Position numbers and translations under genes: made by a program. The notes beneath the pieces are model-generated. The model ran no database searches. It was not told the origin of the DNA and saw only the letters and a list, made by a program, of their open reading frames with translations. DNA of 64,000 nt from contig OZ076417.1 in the NCBI GenBank assembly GCA_964187785.1, positions 36,022,001 through 36,086,000 of the forward strand, written 5' to 3'. Source of the stretch: Amphiscolops sp. MND2022. Taxonomy: Eukaryota. Shown piece after piece: positions 10,994 to 21,730 of the stretch. How positions within the stretch are numbered: position 1 is the stretch's first letter; each line of letters begins with the position of its first letter.

Positions 10994-12141
10994 TGGTGAC
11001 AGGAGCCAACCTTACCCCACAAATGGTCCCTGAATTTCTGACCGGACGTCCCACGCAGTCCCGAAATACCAATCCCCATCAACAGTGTGTCAATGATGAC
11101 ACACTAGATAATACCCTACCGGCGCAAATACCGTCAGTCCCTATTAACAACCAGAGGCAACACTCTGAAACACCCCTAGACCCCATTAACCGCCTTGCAG
11201 ACGTAATTATAGGAATGAACAACAAATCTTCTGCACAAACACTGATGGTACGCCCAGTCAATACCGCCACTCTGACATTTGATGGGAAATCCGAAAAATT
11301 TGAACTGTTTGAAGATCTTTTTCACACGATGATAAAGATGCAACCGGACATGACGGAAACAATGAAAATTAATCACTTTCATTCACTGTTGCGCAAAAAT
11401 GCGCTCCAGACCTTCCGTAACATTAGTTCAGCAAACAGACAAACATTGGACGACATACTGGCTGTCTTTCGCCGCAAATATGTCAAACCTGAATCTCAGG
11501 CAACTGCCAAACACAAATGGCACAAACTCGTATTCAACCCGAATACAATGAAATTGCCTGATTTTCTTGAAGAACTCAATCAGGGTGCCGAAAAAGCCTT
11601 TGGCGAACACGCGCAAGCAATGATCGACAGTCTGCTCTATGCCAAACTTCCACCAAAACTCAAACGTTCTGTCAACATGGCGCGATTAGAAAACGCGACC
11701 TATGAAGAAATTGTCACTCACCTAGAACGTGAATTAGAATTAAATGGCCTTGAGGAAGGTGACGACATTCCCGTTCCCACAATGTCCACTGCCCCAACGA
11801 CGACACGTCCGGGACAAGGCCTCCTTTCGTCAGGGATTGACACAGGAACGACATGCAACTACTGCAAAAAACCTGGACACGTCAAAGATGAATGCCGAAA
11901 ACTCAAAAGAAAGGAGGAACAAAAACGCAATGAAGGCCAAAGTACCAAAAAAGAGTACCCAAAGTGCCCAACTTGTGACAAAACGAACCACCCGGCGGAG
12001 CGGTGTTGGAAAGGCGCAGGAGCCCACCTCAAGCCCAAAAACCTCAAATTAGACAACTCTACCTCCGACGACATAACCGCAAGTCATGACGACTCCAATA
12101 ATAAGACAACTACTTCTATCCTTAAAAACTCAAAAAACTAG
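10342..12141 (+). CDS. gag: Gag (599 aa from ATG 10342; first 217 codons lie inside the LTR)
   Basis: Open frame; capsid-like FDGKSEKFELFEDLF; zinc knuckles CNYCKKPGHVKDEC and CPTCDKTNHPAERC. A second in-frame ATG at 10993 spans the LTR/PBS junction. Confidence 0.9.
   Translation: MPSTRKQKAKEKRSRQSDVMSDIENLDVMLGAYSRNDLVEDENNTEPEVDLESGRHQRSEGQTENNFRSLLNTNPSENSEVTVETNRLINSEISSQMSRKLEELKTDLNSHILDVINSALEERVLPSIKNALETKNSAKNVNLDLRSDGLHSNDFSQEQAQRDLRSYGRHLENPTQRFQDAQNDFPRLESMRNNRTNHCRRNSIDSNNSNENDDGYDMVTGANLTPQMVPEFLTGRPTQSRNTNPHQQCVNDDTLDNTLPAQIPSVPINNQRQHSETPLDPINRLADVIIGMNNKSSAQTLMVRPVNTATLTFDGKSEKFELFEDLFHTMIKMQPDMTETMKINHFHSLLRKNALQTFRNISSANRQTLDDILAVFRRKYVKPESQATAKHKWHKLVFNPNTMKLPDFLEELNQGAEKAFGEHAQAMIDSLLYAKLPPKLKRSVNMARLENATYEEIVTHLERELELNGLEEGDDIPVPTMSTAPTTTRPGQGLLSSGIDTGTTCNYCKKPGHVKDECRKLKRKEEQKRNEGQSTKKEYPKCPTCDKTNHPAERCWKGAGAHLKPKNLKLDNSTSDDITASHDDSNNKTTTSILKNSKN
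10994..11005 (+). other. Putative primer-binding site TGGTGACAGGAG
   Basis: Starts with TGG immediately after the LTR CA. 11 of 12 bases match the complement of the 3' end of vertebrate tRNA-Leu(CAG), TGGTGTCAGGAG, as recalled from memory; the host tRNA was not checked. Confidence 0.65.
12132..12138 (+). other. -1 ribosomal frameshift slippery heptamer A AAA AAC
   Basis: Directly precedes the gag TAG (12139-12141). The -1 frame is open from 12126 through the whole of pol. Canonical X XXY YYZ pattern. Confidence 0.8.
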
Positions 12142-15100
12142 ATTCGCCACGGCTCTATATTAATGAAAAACTACGAGTCAGACAATACATCATATCTGAC
12201 CCTTCCACTATATACTATACTGAATACTATTCTTCGCTAAAAGAAAATTCATCTGCTGACTGGCAGCAGCAGGTGTCAAACACCCCTATTAGCCTACTTG
12301 ACTTGGACCATCAGTCCAACAGACTCCACTGTAATACTAGTACTACCCGGCCCCTACCCCTCATAAATGACTATAATCCCTATTACCTTGACCCAGATTT
12401 TGGTTTCGACCCTTATTGGGACATTCAGCTCTACAACCAACATCATCTTCATTTCTACAACAATTACCATAAGAATCCCATGGAAATTGAACTTGATTCA
12501 TATGACATCGACCGAACCCTCAATTTAACCCTGACCAAAGCTCTCGTAGATCCCTGGCAATATAATCGCACCACCACAACTTTACCAATTCCAGAAGAAT
12601 CAATAACCAAACCTTCCGAAGAAGGACCTATGGTCATGCTGACTGCAGCCGTTGAAGAACGCTTTGTGAACACGCTTATCTCAAGAGCCGGTGAACCCGA
12701 TTACGTCCCTCTAACGACAAATTTGGGACTCAAATATAAACGACGCATGCTCTACTTTCCAATGGATTTCGGCGAACTAACTTTAGATGGCCTTGTAGAC
12801 ACGGGAGCATTATCGAGCGCAATCCCAGAAGCTGATCTACGTAAAATCCGACTATTAGCCCCTCAGTCAATCATCAAAGAGGGCCCAGCTCCTAACTTCC
12901 AAATTATGGTAGCTAATGGACAGCTGGAAACTCCCAAGAGCACTGTCGAACTCAAATTCGAGGTCGGGGACATCGATTTTCACGAGATTTTCATAGTCAT
13001 GGAGAAACTCACAAGTCCATTAATTGGCCTTTCGTTCCTTCAACGAAACAATACCATACTTGACATGAGACAGGGAGTCCTAAACTTTCCGTTCTTTTCC
13101 ATGCAATTAAAAACCGCGGACCACAAATACACTAATGTCATGGAACCAATTTGCACCCGGGAGGATATCACTATCCCTCCCAATGATAGACATATGGTAT
13201 CCATGTGCTCACAAATGTACGAGGATACAACCGTCACTGGAATTCTTCAACCGAGCAATGACCTCGCGGAAGATGGTGATATAACCTTCTGCGCCGCTCT
13301 AGTCACACTGACCCAAGGTCAAGCATCAATTCATGTGAACAATTTCACCGATCAGCCTTACACCCTCAAACGAGGTTCCCACATCGCCAATTTCTCTGTA
13401 CTAACTCCAGAACAGTTGAAATACGTCAAACCTATCGACCCTGTGACCACTTGGCATCTTCTACAGGATAATCCTGAAAATGCCGTTTATTATGCCAGTA
13501 GTCTGATTAAATCTCCGAAAGCCGAAGACAACAGCGAAAACTATTGGTTTCCTACTCCAGAGCAACCAGGAGATCCTCAGACGCATACCCCAATACAACA
13601 AAGAATTCTCAAAGAATTGCGAAACTTGCAAGAACTAGAGAAACTCAACCCCCAGGATGACCTGGAGTCTAGAAAACAGTTTCTCGCCAACTTTGACTGG
13701 GCAGACTCGACGTTGAACCCAACTGAAATTGCCCAAATCGAAGAGCTTCTTGTCGAATTCCACGACATTTTTGCACGACACCGCTTTGACATAGGGATGA
13801 ACGAGGACTTCAAGGTAAAATTAACCCCTAAAGACGACTCCCCTGCCTACAGTCAAAGCTTGCCTACACCCATCAATCTCAAAGAGGACATCCTCGTCGA
13901 ATTAGCCCTTCTACACAGATATGGGATCATAACAACGCTTCCGTTTTCCAAATATGCAAGCCCCATTTTTGCTCAGAAGAAACCAAATGGCAAACTACGA
14001 CTCCTGGTCGACCTCCGGAAGATCAATAATTTGATCTCTGATGATTACATCAACAATAATCACCCTGTCAGCACACTAACGGACGCTGCCCAACATATGG
14101 CAGGCAAACGATTATTCTGCAAATTGGATTGCTCTCAAGCATATCACTGCCTTCAGATGGCAGACCAGAGGTCAATTGAGATGTTAGCCTTCAACTTTGC
14201 TAGCAGAACCTTTGCCTATCGCAGACTTGCGCAAGGTCTAAGCAGAGCCCTATCCGCCTTTTCGAGCTTTATGCGCGAATACCTGGACAAGGTGATTAAA
14301 GCGGATCAATGCGCACAGTACGTAGATGATATTGGAATCGCAGCCAACAACGCGACACAACTTATCAACAACCTACGAGCGACCTTTGAGTGCATCAGAA
14401 CCGCTGGTCTCAAATTGACAATGCATAAATGTCACTTCGGAGCCAAAGAAATTGACTTCCTGGGACGCACCATCACCCCTGAAGGAAGGAGGCCACAACG
14501 ACCCAGGGTCCAAAACTTCCTAGAGAAAACGAAATTTCCAAAATCCAAAAAAGCACTTCAACGATACTTGGGCTTCCTGAACTACTACCGCAACTACATT
14601 CCAAGACTTTCAGAAAAATTGACCCCCTTTTTCAAATTATTGAAAAATGATGCTAAAGTCATGGTGACGCCCGATCTGTTAGAACAATTCACCGAGATCA
14701 ACAAAGCTCTTGACCGATGTTGTGAACTTGCGCTCAAACAACCCCTGCCTAATAAACAAATAGCTCTAATGACAGATGCTAGTTTTTCGGCAGCAGGTTA
14801 TGCAGTTCTCATCGAGGACGATCCAATGGAAAAATATTCATCGACGCGGAAAGCCTTCGCACCTGTAGCATATGGATCCAAGACCTTTAGTCCCGCACAA
14901 CTGAAAATGTCCATCTACGCCAAAGAGTTCTTAGCAATATTCTTTGCCTTCAAGGAATTTGGACATATCTTTTGGGGGACTCCGCAACCGGTGATCATTC
15001 TGACAGACAACAAGTCGGTCACTCGCTTTTTTCAGACTAAAATAATTCCACCTACCCTGTGGAACGCGTGTGACTACGTTATTCAGTTCAATTTCACAAT

Positions 15101-17306
15101 CGCTCATATTCCTGGCAAAAATAACACCGCCGCAGACTATCTGTCTCGTCTAGAAATCTGCCCTAAAGAGAAACTCATACTCCGCATACGGGAAGACATA
15201 TCGACAACGCCCATCGAACTAAATGTGCAATCCGCCGGAGTCACTGAAGAGGACCAGATATTCTACACTGACGATAATGAAGAAACTGAAGAACAGATAT
15301 GGCAACGGAAGAAAGACGCCAGGTCAAACCCGACAAATCAATTACCTGACATCACCCTAGGAAAACTCAGTGCCCACACCACTGTCTTTTCACATCAAAC
15401 AACTTTACAAAGACTATCAAACCCCACCACCATGGCTATTGAACAACAAAATGATGTGGTATTGCACCAGTTACGTCTCAAACTGCAGAAAGAAGAATAT
15501 TCGGAGACGATCCTTAAACAAGATTCGCGCTACAGACATTACTGCAGTCAAATTGACCGTCTGTCCGTCCAGGACGACGTCGTCCTTAGAGACTATTATG
15601 ACGAAACAGGAAGCGTCCAATATCGTCAGGCGCTTTTACCCAAACACCTCGTGTCAGAATTACTCCAATCACTGCATGGGACAGCACATAAACATCCGGG
15701 AATTTCCAAGATGCTTTATGAAATCCGTCAAAAATATTACTACCCTGGAATTGCAAAAATTGTCAAAAAGTGGGTCCAAGGATGTGAAACATGCATTAAA
15801 GATAAACGAATCAAAAACCCATCAATAACACCTGAACTTCTTAATTTGCCTGAATGGGATCTTGGCCCGGAAGACGCATTACAAATTGATCTTCTACCTA
15901 ACCTCCCACCAAGCGGGGGATATGAAAATGTTATTACTGCCCTGGATGTCTTTTCAAGATACCTGTTCGCTTACCCTGTAGCCGACGCATCGGCCTCCAC
16001 TACCGCAAAAGTACTTATTGATATCATGACAAGGCATGCATATTTGCCAACAACTTTGATCACTGACAAAGGAACTGCCTTTACGTCTCGTCTAGTCGAT
16101 GAAGTCACAAAGATCCTAGGTATCCAGATCAAATGTGCAACAACGAAACATCCTCAGACAATAGGTAAATTAGAGAGAACTCATGCAAGTCTTAAAGGCA
16201 ATCTTAAAATGGCTTCGGGTGAATACCGGCGCCAATGGCACAAATATTTACCATTGGCTGTTCTCAATTACAACACAACCTATCATTCCAGTCTAGGATG
16301 TGAACCATCCAGAATTTTTCACGGTAGAGTGCCTTACAACATCCTAGACCACAGGTTGGGATTAAATCCCAACCCGAAAATCCTACCATCAATGGATTTT
16401 GCTGAAGAACTACAAAGACGTACCCAAATTTTGATTGATAGAACAAAGAAAAATATCATGCAGTCGTACTTAAAATACAAGGAATATTATGACCGAAAAG
16501 CTAAAGCAGCCCCGTTACACCAGGGAGATTATTGCTTTATATTACAGCCGTTAGCCGACAATCAAGGATCCAAAATTCCATTCCGTGAATTCAGGTGGAT
16601 TGGACCGTACGTCATTGAAAAGGTCCTACCGAATGAAAACTACATTGTCCGAAAACTCAGCTCTAACAAAACGCAAATTTTACACAGGATACGCTTGCGG
16701 AAATACGTTCCAAATACGGAATTATGTGATGTGCGACCAGAAGGAAATTTACAAGCTGATGATGAAATTATTATACCTCAAGACGACCTTTATATTATCT
16801 CGTGGGAGACTGAATTTGCCGAGTTTCCCCCTCATCTTGATACAGGAGACACTCCTGATGATTTTCCGATGAATTCTGACCAACCAGATGCTATAAACAC
16901 GGATTTGGACCTTCGGTCCACTAGACGTGACGCCAATTCTAACGACAACGCCGCTACACCGCGCGAGCACCAAAATAGCGATATTGACTCAAGGTCAACC
17001 GGACCGAACAAAGATACTGACTCAGCCGTCACCGAGCAGCCGGCTGAAAATTCACCTGACATGGACCTTAGGTCAAACCGACCACAATCAACTACAGATC
17101 CAGAAATAGAAGAAATGCCTTTCAAAAGCCCATCGGAAATGCCAAACTCCGATTTTTCAAACTCTAGCGGGAAGAATATTTCCGTGCCCGATTTATTAGA
17201 AAGAGAAGATGACGAAAAGGTTGTAGAAAATGAAAGCCCCAGGGGAGGCAAATATAATCTACGTCCCAACCCTACTCCAAACTTTACTGATGAATACAGA
17301 TACTAA
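12132..17306 (+). CDS. pol: Pol polyprotein (protease, RT, RNase H, integrase), probably expressed as a Gag-Pol fusion
   Basis: Protease LVDTGALSS; RT LVDLRKIN, KLDCSQAY, YVDD; RNase H TDAS, EFLAI, TDNKS, AADYLSR; integrase HGTAHKH..CETC, QIDL, TDKG, LERTH; GPY motif; C-terminal YNLRP. No chromodomain seen. Confidence 0.97.
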   Translation, partial: KKLDSPRLYINEKLRVRQYIISDPSTIYYTEYYSSLKENSSADWQQQVSNTPISLLDLDHQSNRLHCNTSTTRPLPLINDYNPYYLDPDFGFDPYWDIQLYNQHHLHFYNNYHKNPMEIELDSYDIDRTLNLTLTKALVDPWQYNRTTTTLPIPEESITKPSEEGPMVMLTAAVEERFVNTLISRAGEPDYVPLTTNLGLKYKRRMLYFPMDFGELTLDGLVDTGALSSAIPEADLRKIRLLAPQSIIKEGPAPNFQIMVANGQLETPKSTVELKFEVGDIDFHEIFIVMEKLTSPLIGLSFLQRNNTILDMRQGVLNFPFFSMQLKTADHKYTNVMEPICTREDITIPPNDRHMVSMCSQMYEDTTVTGILQPSNDLAEDGDITFCAALVTLTQGQASIHVNNFTDQPYTLKRGSHIANFSVLTPEQLKYVKPIDPVTTWHLLQDNPENAVYYASSLIKSPKAEDNSENYWFPTPEQPGDPQTHTPIQQRILKELRNLQELEKLNPQDDLESRKQFLANFDWADSTLNPTEIAQIEELLVEFHDIFARHRFDIGMNEDFKVKLTPKDDSPAYSQSLPTPINLKEDILVELALLHRYGIITTLPFSKYASPIFAQKKPNGKLRLLVDLRKINNLISDDYINNNHPVSTLTDAAQHMAGKRLFCKLDCSQAYHCLQMADQRSIEMLAFNFASRTFAYRRLAQGLSRALSAFSSFMREYLDKVIKADQCAQYVDDIGIAANNATQLINNLRATFECIRTAGLKLTMHKCHFGAKEIDFLGRTITPEGRRPQRPRVQNFLEKTKFPKSKKALQRYLGFLNYYRNYIPRLSEKLTPFFKLLKNDAKVMVTPDLLEQFTEINKALDRCCELALKQPLPNKQIALMTDASFSAAGYAVLIEDDPMEKYSSTRKAFAPVAYGSKTFSPAQLKMSIYAKEFLAIFFAFKEFGHIFWGTPQPVIILTDNKSVTRFFQTKIIPPTLWNACDYVIQFNFTIAHIPGKNNTAADYLSRLEICPKEKLILRIREDISTTPIELNVQSAGVTEEDQIFYTDDNEETEEQIWQRKKDARSNPTNQLPDITLGKLSAHTTVFSHQTTLQRLSNPTTMAIEQQNDVVLHQLRLKLQKEEYSETILKQDSRYRHYCSQIDRLSVQDDVVLRDYYDETGSVQYRQALLPKHLVSELLQSLHGTAHKHPGISKMLYEIRQKYYYPGIAKIVKKWVQGCETCIKDKRIKNPSITPELLNLPEWDLGPEDALQIDLLPNLPPSGGYENVITALDVFSRYLFAYPVADASASTTAKVLIDIMTRHAYLPTTLITDKGTAFTSRLVDEVTKILGIQIKCATTKHPQTIGKLERTHASLKGNLKMASGEYRRQWHKYLPLAVLNYNTTYHSSLGCEPSRIFHGRVPYNILDHRLGLNPNPKILPSMDFAEELQRRTQILIDRTKKNIMQSYLKYKEYYDRKAKAAPLHQGDYCFILQPLADNQGSKIPFREFRWIGPYVIEKVLPNENYIVRKLSSNKTQILHRIRLRKYVPNTELCDVRPEGNLQADDEIIIPQDDLYIISWETEFAEFPPHLDTGDTPDDFPMNSDQPDAINTDLDLRSTRRDANSNDNAATPREHQNSDIDSRSTGPNKDTDSAVTEQPAENSPDMDLRSNRPQSTTDPEIEEMPFKSPSEMPNSDFSNSSGKNISVPDLLEREDDEKVVENESPRGGKYNLRPNPTPNFTDEYRY

Positions 17307-17496
17307 CCAGACATGTAAATTAAACTCTTTATAATGACCACTCTACGAGGCCCAGACTAACAGTACGTCTTCTGGACTGAATGAAATGGTATCAGTAAAG
17401 GAACGAAATACGAATGAAAGCAATGACATAAAACACCCACACAGAATAAATAGACAAATGTACAAACTAAAGAATGCAATTGTACATAATGTACAA

Positions 17497-20400
17497 TTAG
17501 AGTTTAGAACTACTAGGGGTCAACAAGGCTTTAGCTGACGAAATCATTTCCTTATCGGGTGACTGCTGATTGGGTCGCTTGCTGCTCTTTTTGGGAGACG
17601 ACTTGGACGCTCCGGAAGCCTTACTGCTCCCTGCAACTTTACCGACAGCAATGCTGACTGAGGGCTTGGGTCTGCTAATATCAGAAGTTAGCTGTTCAAG
17701 AATCTTCGAACGTCCAAAGAAGTCAACGCTGTCCCAGGGGCAATAAGTATCGCTCATTCCACCATCAATAAAATCAGGCTCCAGACGAAGGAAATCAGAT
17801 ACGGATTGATCGGTAGTAACAGCCTCAATACTGTGGGGTACATTAGCAAAATAAGATTGAACAGGTAAAATTACATCAATATGACTGCTAGTCGGGTTGT
17901 CAGAATCAACTGATCCAAATTTCACGCTGGGTAAAACAGGAAAAGGCTCATCGAGGCACAGGCACGCCAAACGAAACAGCTTGAAGAGCAAAGGTCGACT
18001 ATGCAGGATAGGCAATTCAACAAGAAATTTGACTGTATCAGGTATCAGTAAAGTAGGCTGCGCCAGGTCAGAGTAAGTACGCCTCAGATCATCCACAAAT
18101 GACAGGTATTCTTCACCACTCGCAGTCTCTTGTTCCATAGTAAAATGGCCCCGCAGTCGGAAACTAGTAAACAACTGGGTGTGACAGTAAGTTGCGTGTG
18201 CTATGGGTCCAAGCAGGATGATTTCCAAGTCAAAGCAACCCAAGCCTTTAACGAGGTCATTAGTTAGCCCCTTCAGTCCTTGGAACGAATTAAATAAAAA
18301 GGTGACGTAACTGCGTGCTGCCCTTCCAAACTCTTCTTTATTCTTGTCAGACAGTGCATCGATGGATAGACCTGCGTTGCATTTTTCCAATTTGTCGTAT
18401 CCAGCTTTGATCTTGCAAGCTGCGTCTAACTTAGAACCAAACTTGGCTCGAGAAAGGAAATTCTTGACACTGAGTGCAGTTGTAGTTCCCAAGTCCAAGT
18501 CGAGGATTTCAGGCCAATTTTCCTCTGGAGGCAAATCTTTTGGCGAAGAACATCGTCGCGCAAGTTTGAATAGAAATTGGCAAAGTTGACGGTAGGTGTA
18601 AAATGACCTATCTCTTCGGCCCGACAGACTGAGCGAAAAGGCATTAGCATCTAAACGAACCTAGGAATCAGTTTGAAGAGACCAAATAACGATGAAAGGA
18701 AAGAAAGGAGCACTAACAATCCCGTGTTAATCGTTGGAACAATCCTAGTCGACAAGTGAAAAGTTCATCTCCAATGATCGACCATTCCAAATTCTGCGGC
18801 TAGAAGCAAGAGACATATTACAGCTACGAAGGGATTTGAGTATTTGACCAAAAGTCAGTTTGACCAAATTCCTACCTGATTATGCACCCCTTGCATCTGT
18901 TGCTTGAGCGAATACGTAGTAAGAAACTCTACAATTGACTTCCAATTCTTCATCAATTCCTGACAGAGGATATGCAGTTTAGAGACGTCCAGCTGACATG
19001 TTCTAATCGCCTACAAATAACACAGTCATTTAGGCCTAGTCTTAGTCATGGAAACCCAAAAACAATGCAAGACTCTAACCTTAGATAACTCAGGGGATAG
19101 CAAGACGCACTCCATGTCCAATCTGCCGCCAAGTGAGACAACTAAGTACTTTAGGGTGGAAAAGAAGTCAATTCGTCCAAATACAGAATAATTGTCCTTG
19201 TGCATCAACTTAGCTAGTGACACCTCGTCGAATCGCTTGAAGCTCTGAACTCCCAATGTAAATAGAGGACTCTCGTCTAATTCTTGGACAAAATCGAGCG
19301 AACATCCACTAGCACAAACTGGACTGGGACGCGTTGAGATAGCGCCCAAGAGGCTGGAGAAAAGATGTTTTTCAGCTTGGGTTTGTCCGCCAGTCCGCCC
19401 TGTCCTTTTCAAGACAACACGACACAGTTGGTTGTCTCGCCAGAAACGCACGTGCATAAAGAGGAATAGGCCTTTCAACTCAAACTCAACGGCAAACTGT
19501 CCTTCAGCCACAATGTATTGCCCAAGGTCATCCAACAATCGCACGAATATGTGATGGAACAGGACCTGAAAACACAAATCCAACATACTAACAAGGGGAT
19601 TTGAAACGTAACAGCAAGTCAGGATAACGGTAGGGCTAAGTATGACCTAACTCATGAAAGGTATCAATATATTGGATGGTCTAGTCAATTAGACACTGAG
19701 TCGCAAATTATTTTATGAAGACTTACTGAGAGGCGTTCTTTTCCCCAGTTGAAGTCAGAGAACAAAGCCTGGTGGTTGACGACTACTCCAATATCCTTCC
19801 ACAAACTGCGTAAAGACCTAATGTCACCGAAGTTAGGAAGAAAGTGGCCCAAGATCGAGATCTGTACGCGAACTCTGTTTTCAGAGGACGACGTCATGTG
19901 GGTATTCCCTGCCATAGCCTCATCGTAGAATGGCAGTTTCTCTCCGATGTCAACGAGAGTCACATCCTTGAATTTGGGATATTCAAGTTCCAATTCGTAC
20001 GGTGTCAAGAGTTTACCATTCTCGTCTCTGACGTAGTGACGAATCGTCTTGGTGACTGGATCCTCCACAGACAGGTGTTCGTACCGCCATCGTTGGTCTC
20101 TACGAAGGTGGCGCTCCGTTCCGTGATGTCTAAGAATTTCCTTGACGCCCCTGCCATAGATGGACACGTTCCCCTTACAAATTTGACAGTAAAATTTATA
20201 GGGGTTCCACTTAGGATCCATTGGTCCGGTAACAAAAGTTCTTGCCCAGCTTATTCCTTCAAATAGCTCTTCTCGCATCACCTTGTTAGACCTCCACACG
20301 GGTTTCTTTTTCTTTGATTTAGTAGCGGTGGGACGCTTGGAACCCTTTTTCTTTTTGGTTTTGGTCACTGCAGCTTCACGTTTCAACTCAGCCAAGGTCT

Positions 20401-21730
20401 GTGCTCCTGGACTGTCAGCGGTTTTCTCCAAGGCAGGGGACCGAAGGTCATTTCGACTGCACCCAGGTACTGGGGGACTTGGAATGTTGATCTCCGATGC
20501 CCGACTGGGAGTTTGCTCGCGAGAATGATCGGTGGTCCAAAAGTCACTTTGACCAGATGGGGTCCTGTGACGGAACGTATACCGGTCAGTTTCTGAATCT
20601 GTACCAGTTGATTGGACTGACTTTGGCCGATGCATACTTTTGGCGGAATGAGGACTTTGGTTCAAGTTGAGTTGACTCGCCTTCTGTATGAGACTGTTCA
20701 TCATCCCAAAGGTCGATTTTGCTGTCTCGTCAGCAACCACTTTCAGCATTTGGCACATCTGTTCCTGGTTAAAGGCGACAGTCGGGTGCCCTTGTGGTAG
20801 ACTTATGGGATTTGTTTCAGCAAAACACTTGCGAATTATCTCCCTACTGCTGATTGAGATAGGTGCTTCTCTAAATGCTGCTACGGGTGCCTGTATGGTT
20901 GACTCATAGTCAGACCCATCGCTATTACAAGTGAGGTACTGAGTCTTGGGGGGTGCTAATGCTTCTGCTAACGTTGACCGAGCGTAACGGGTAGAGTCAT
21001 GGTCACTTAAGAACGGAACTTCAGTCTCACTGCCCGATTGTGTCTCAGCTAAGTGACGTTCGTGTGGTTCTAAGGACGTAGAGTCAAGTTGACAGGATTC
21101 ATTCTCATTCCGGATGGACTTGTGTTTCACTGCTGGGGCAAATGTAAACTCATACGTGTCAATAACCTCGCTTGGCTCAATGTGCTTGACATCAGGGTTG
21201 TTGACCGCGCTGATGTATTTGGATAGGGAAAGAGGCTGTGTTTGCTTTGAAGAAGCCTGGCCATCGGGACTACAATTAGGCCGCATGACAATTGGTTCGC
21301 TTTCACTCTGTTTGACCTTGCCATTGGTCTTGGGTGTAACTTCAGGTTGCCCAGACTGTTCCATCTCGTCTAGTTTCCTTGTCACATACGCTCCAAAACT
21401 CTCATCAGAACCAGTGCTGCTATTACTAGTAAATCCGCTTCTCCTTCGAATTTCAGCAAATATCTGCGCTTCTTCAGACTCAGGCTCAGTTTTCATCAAC
21501 GTGACTGGGGGTAGAGCAGACTCAATGTCTGTGCACTCAGGACTGGATAAAGTGATCTCGATTACCTCAATCTCATCACTTGAAGTTTCTTCAACTGCTT
21601 CTCTACGAACCAAGCTAGGAGAGCTCGTGTCCATTTTTTCTTCCATATCTTGAGCTGGTTGGCCAGTTGTTTCATTTTCTAAACGAAAGGAAATGAATAA
21701 TCGCGGTTCGCTTCCTGCAAAAATATCCAT
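17497..21730 (-). CDS. Antisense five-exon gene: zinc-finger, probable catalytically inactive hAT-transposase derivative (~1286 aa)
   Basis: Exons 21730-19727, 19565-19080, 19010-18876, 18799 (or 18793)-18718 and 18650-17497. Introns of 161, 69, 76 (or 82) and 67 bp are all GT-AG with matching phases (0,0,0,1) and give one open frame. CxxC..H..H finger at 20188-20108. The start codon is uncertain (21730 or 21646). Matching junctions are present in the paralog at 3650-8092. Confidence 0.85.

Noticed and set aside
15370-17269. Alternative-frame and antisense ORFs inside pol (15370..15828, 16832..17269 and similar)
   Set aside because: Shadows of the pol frame, mostly with non-ATG starts and no domains.
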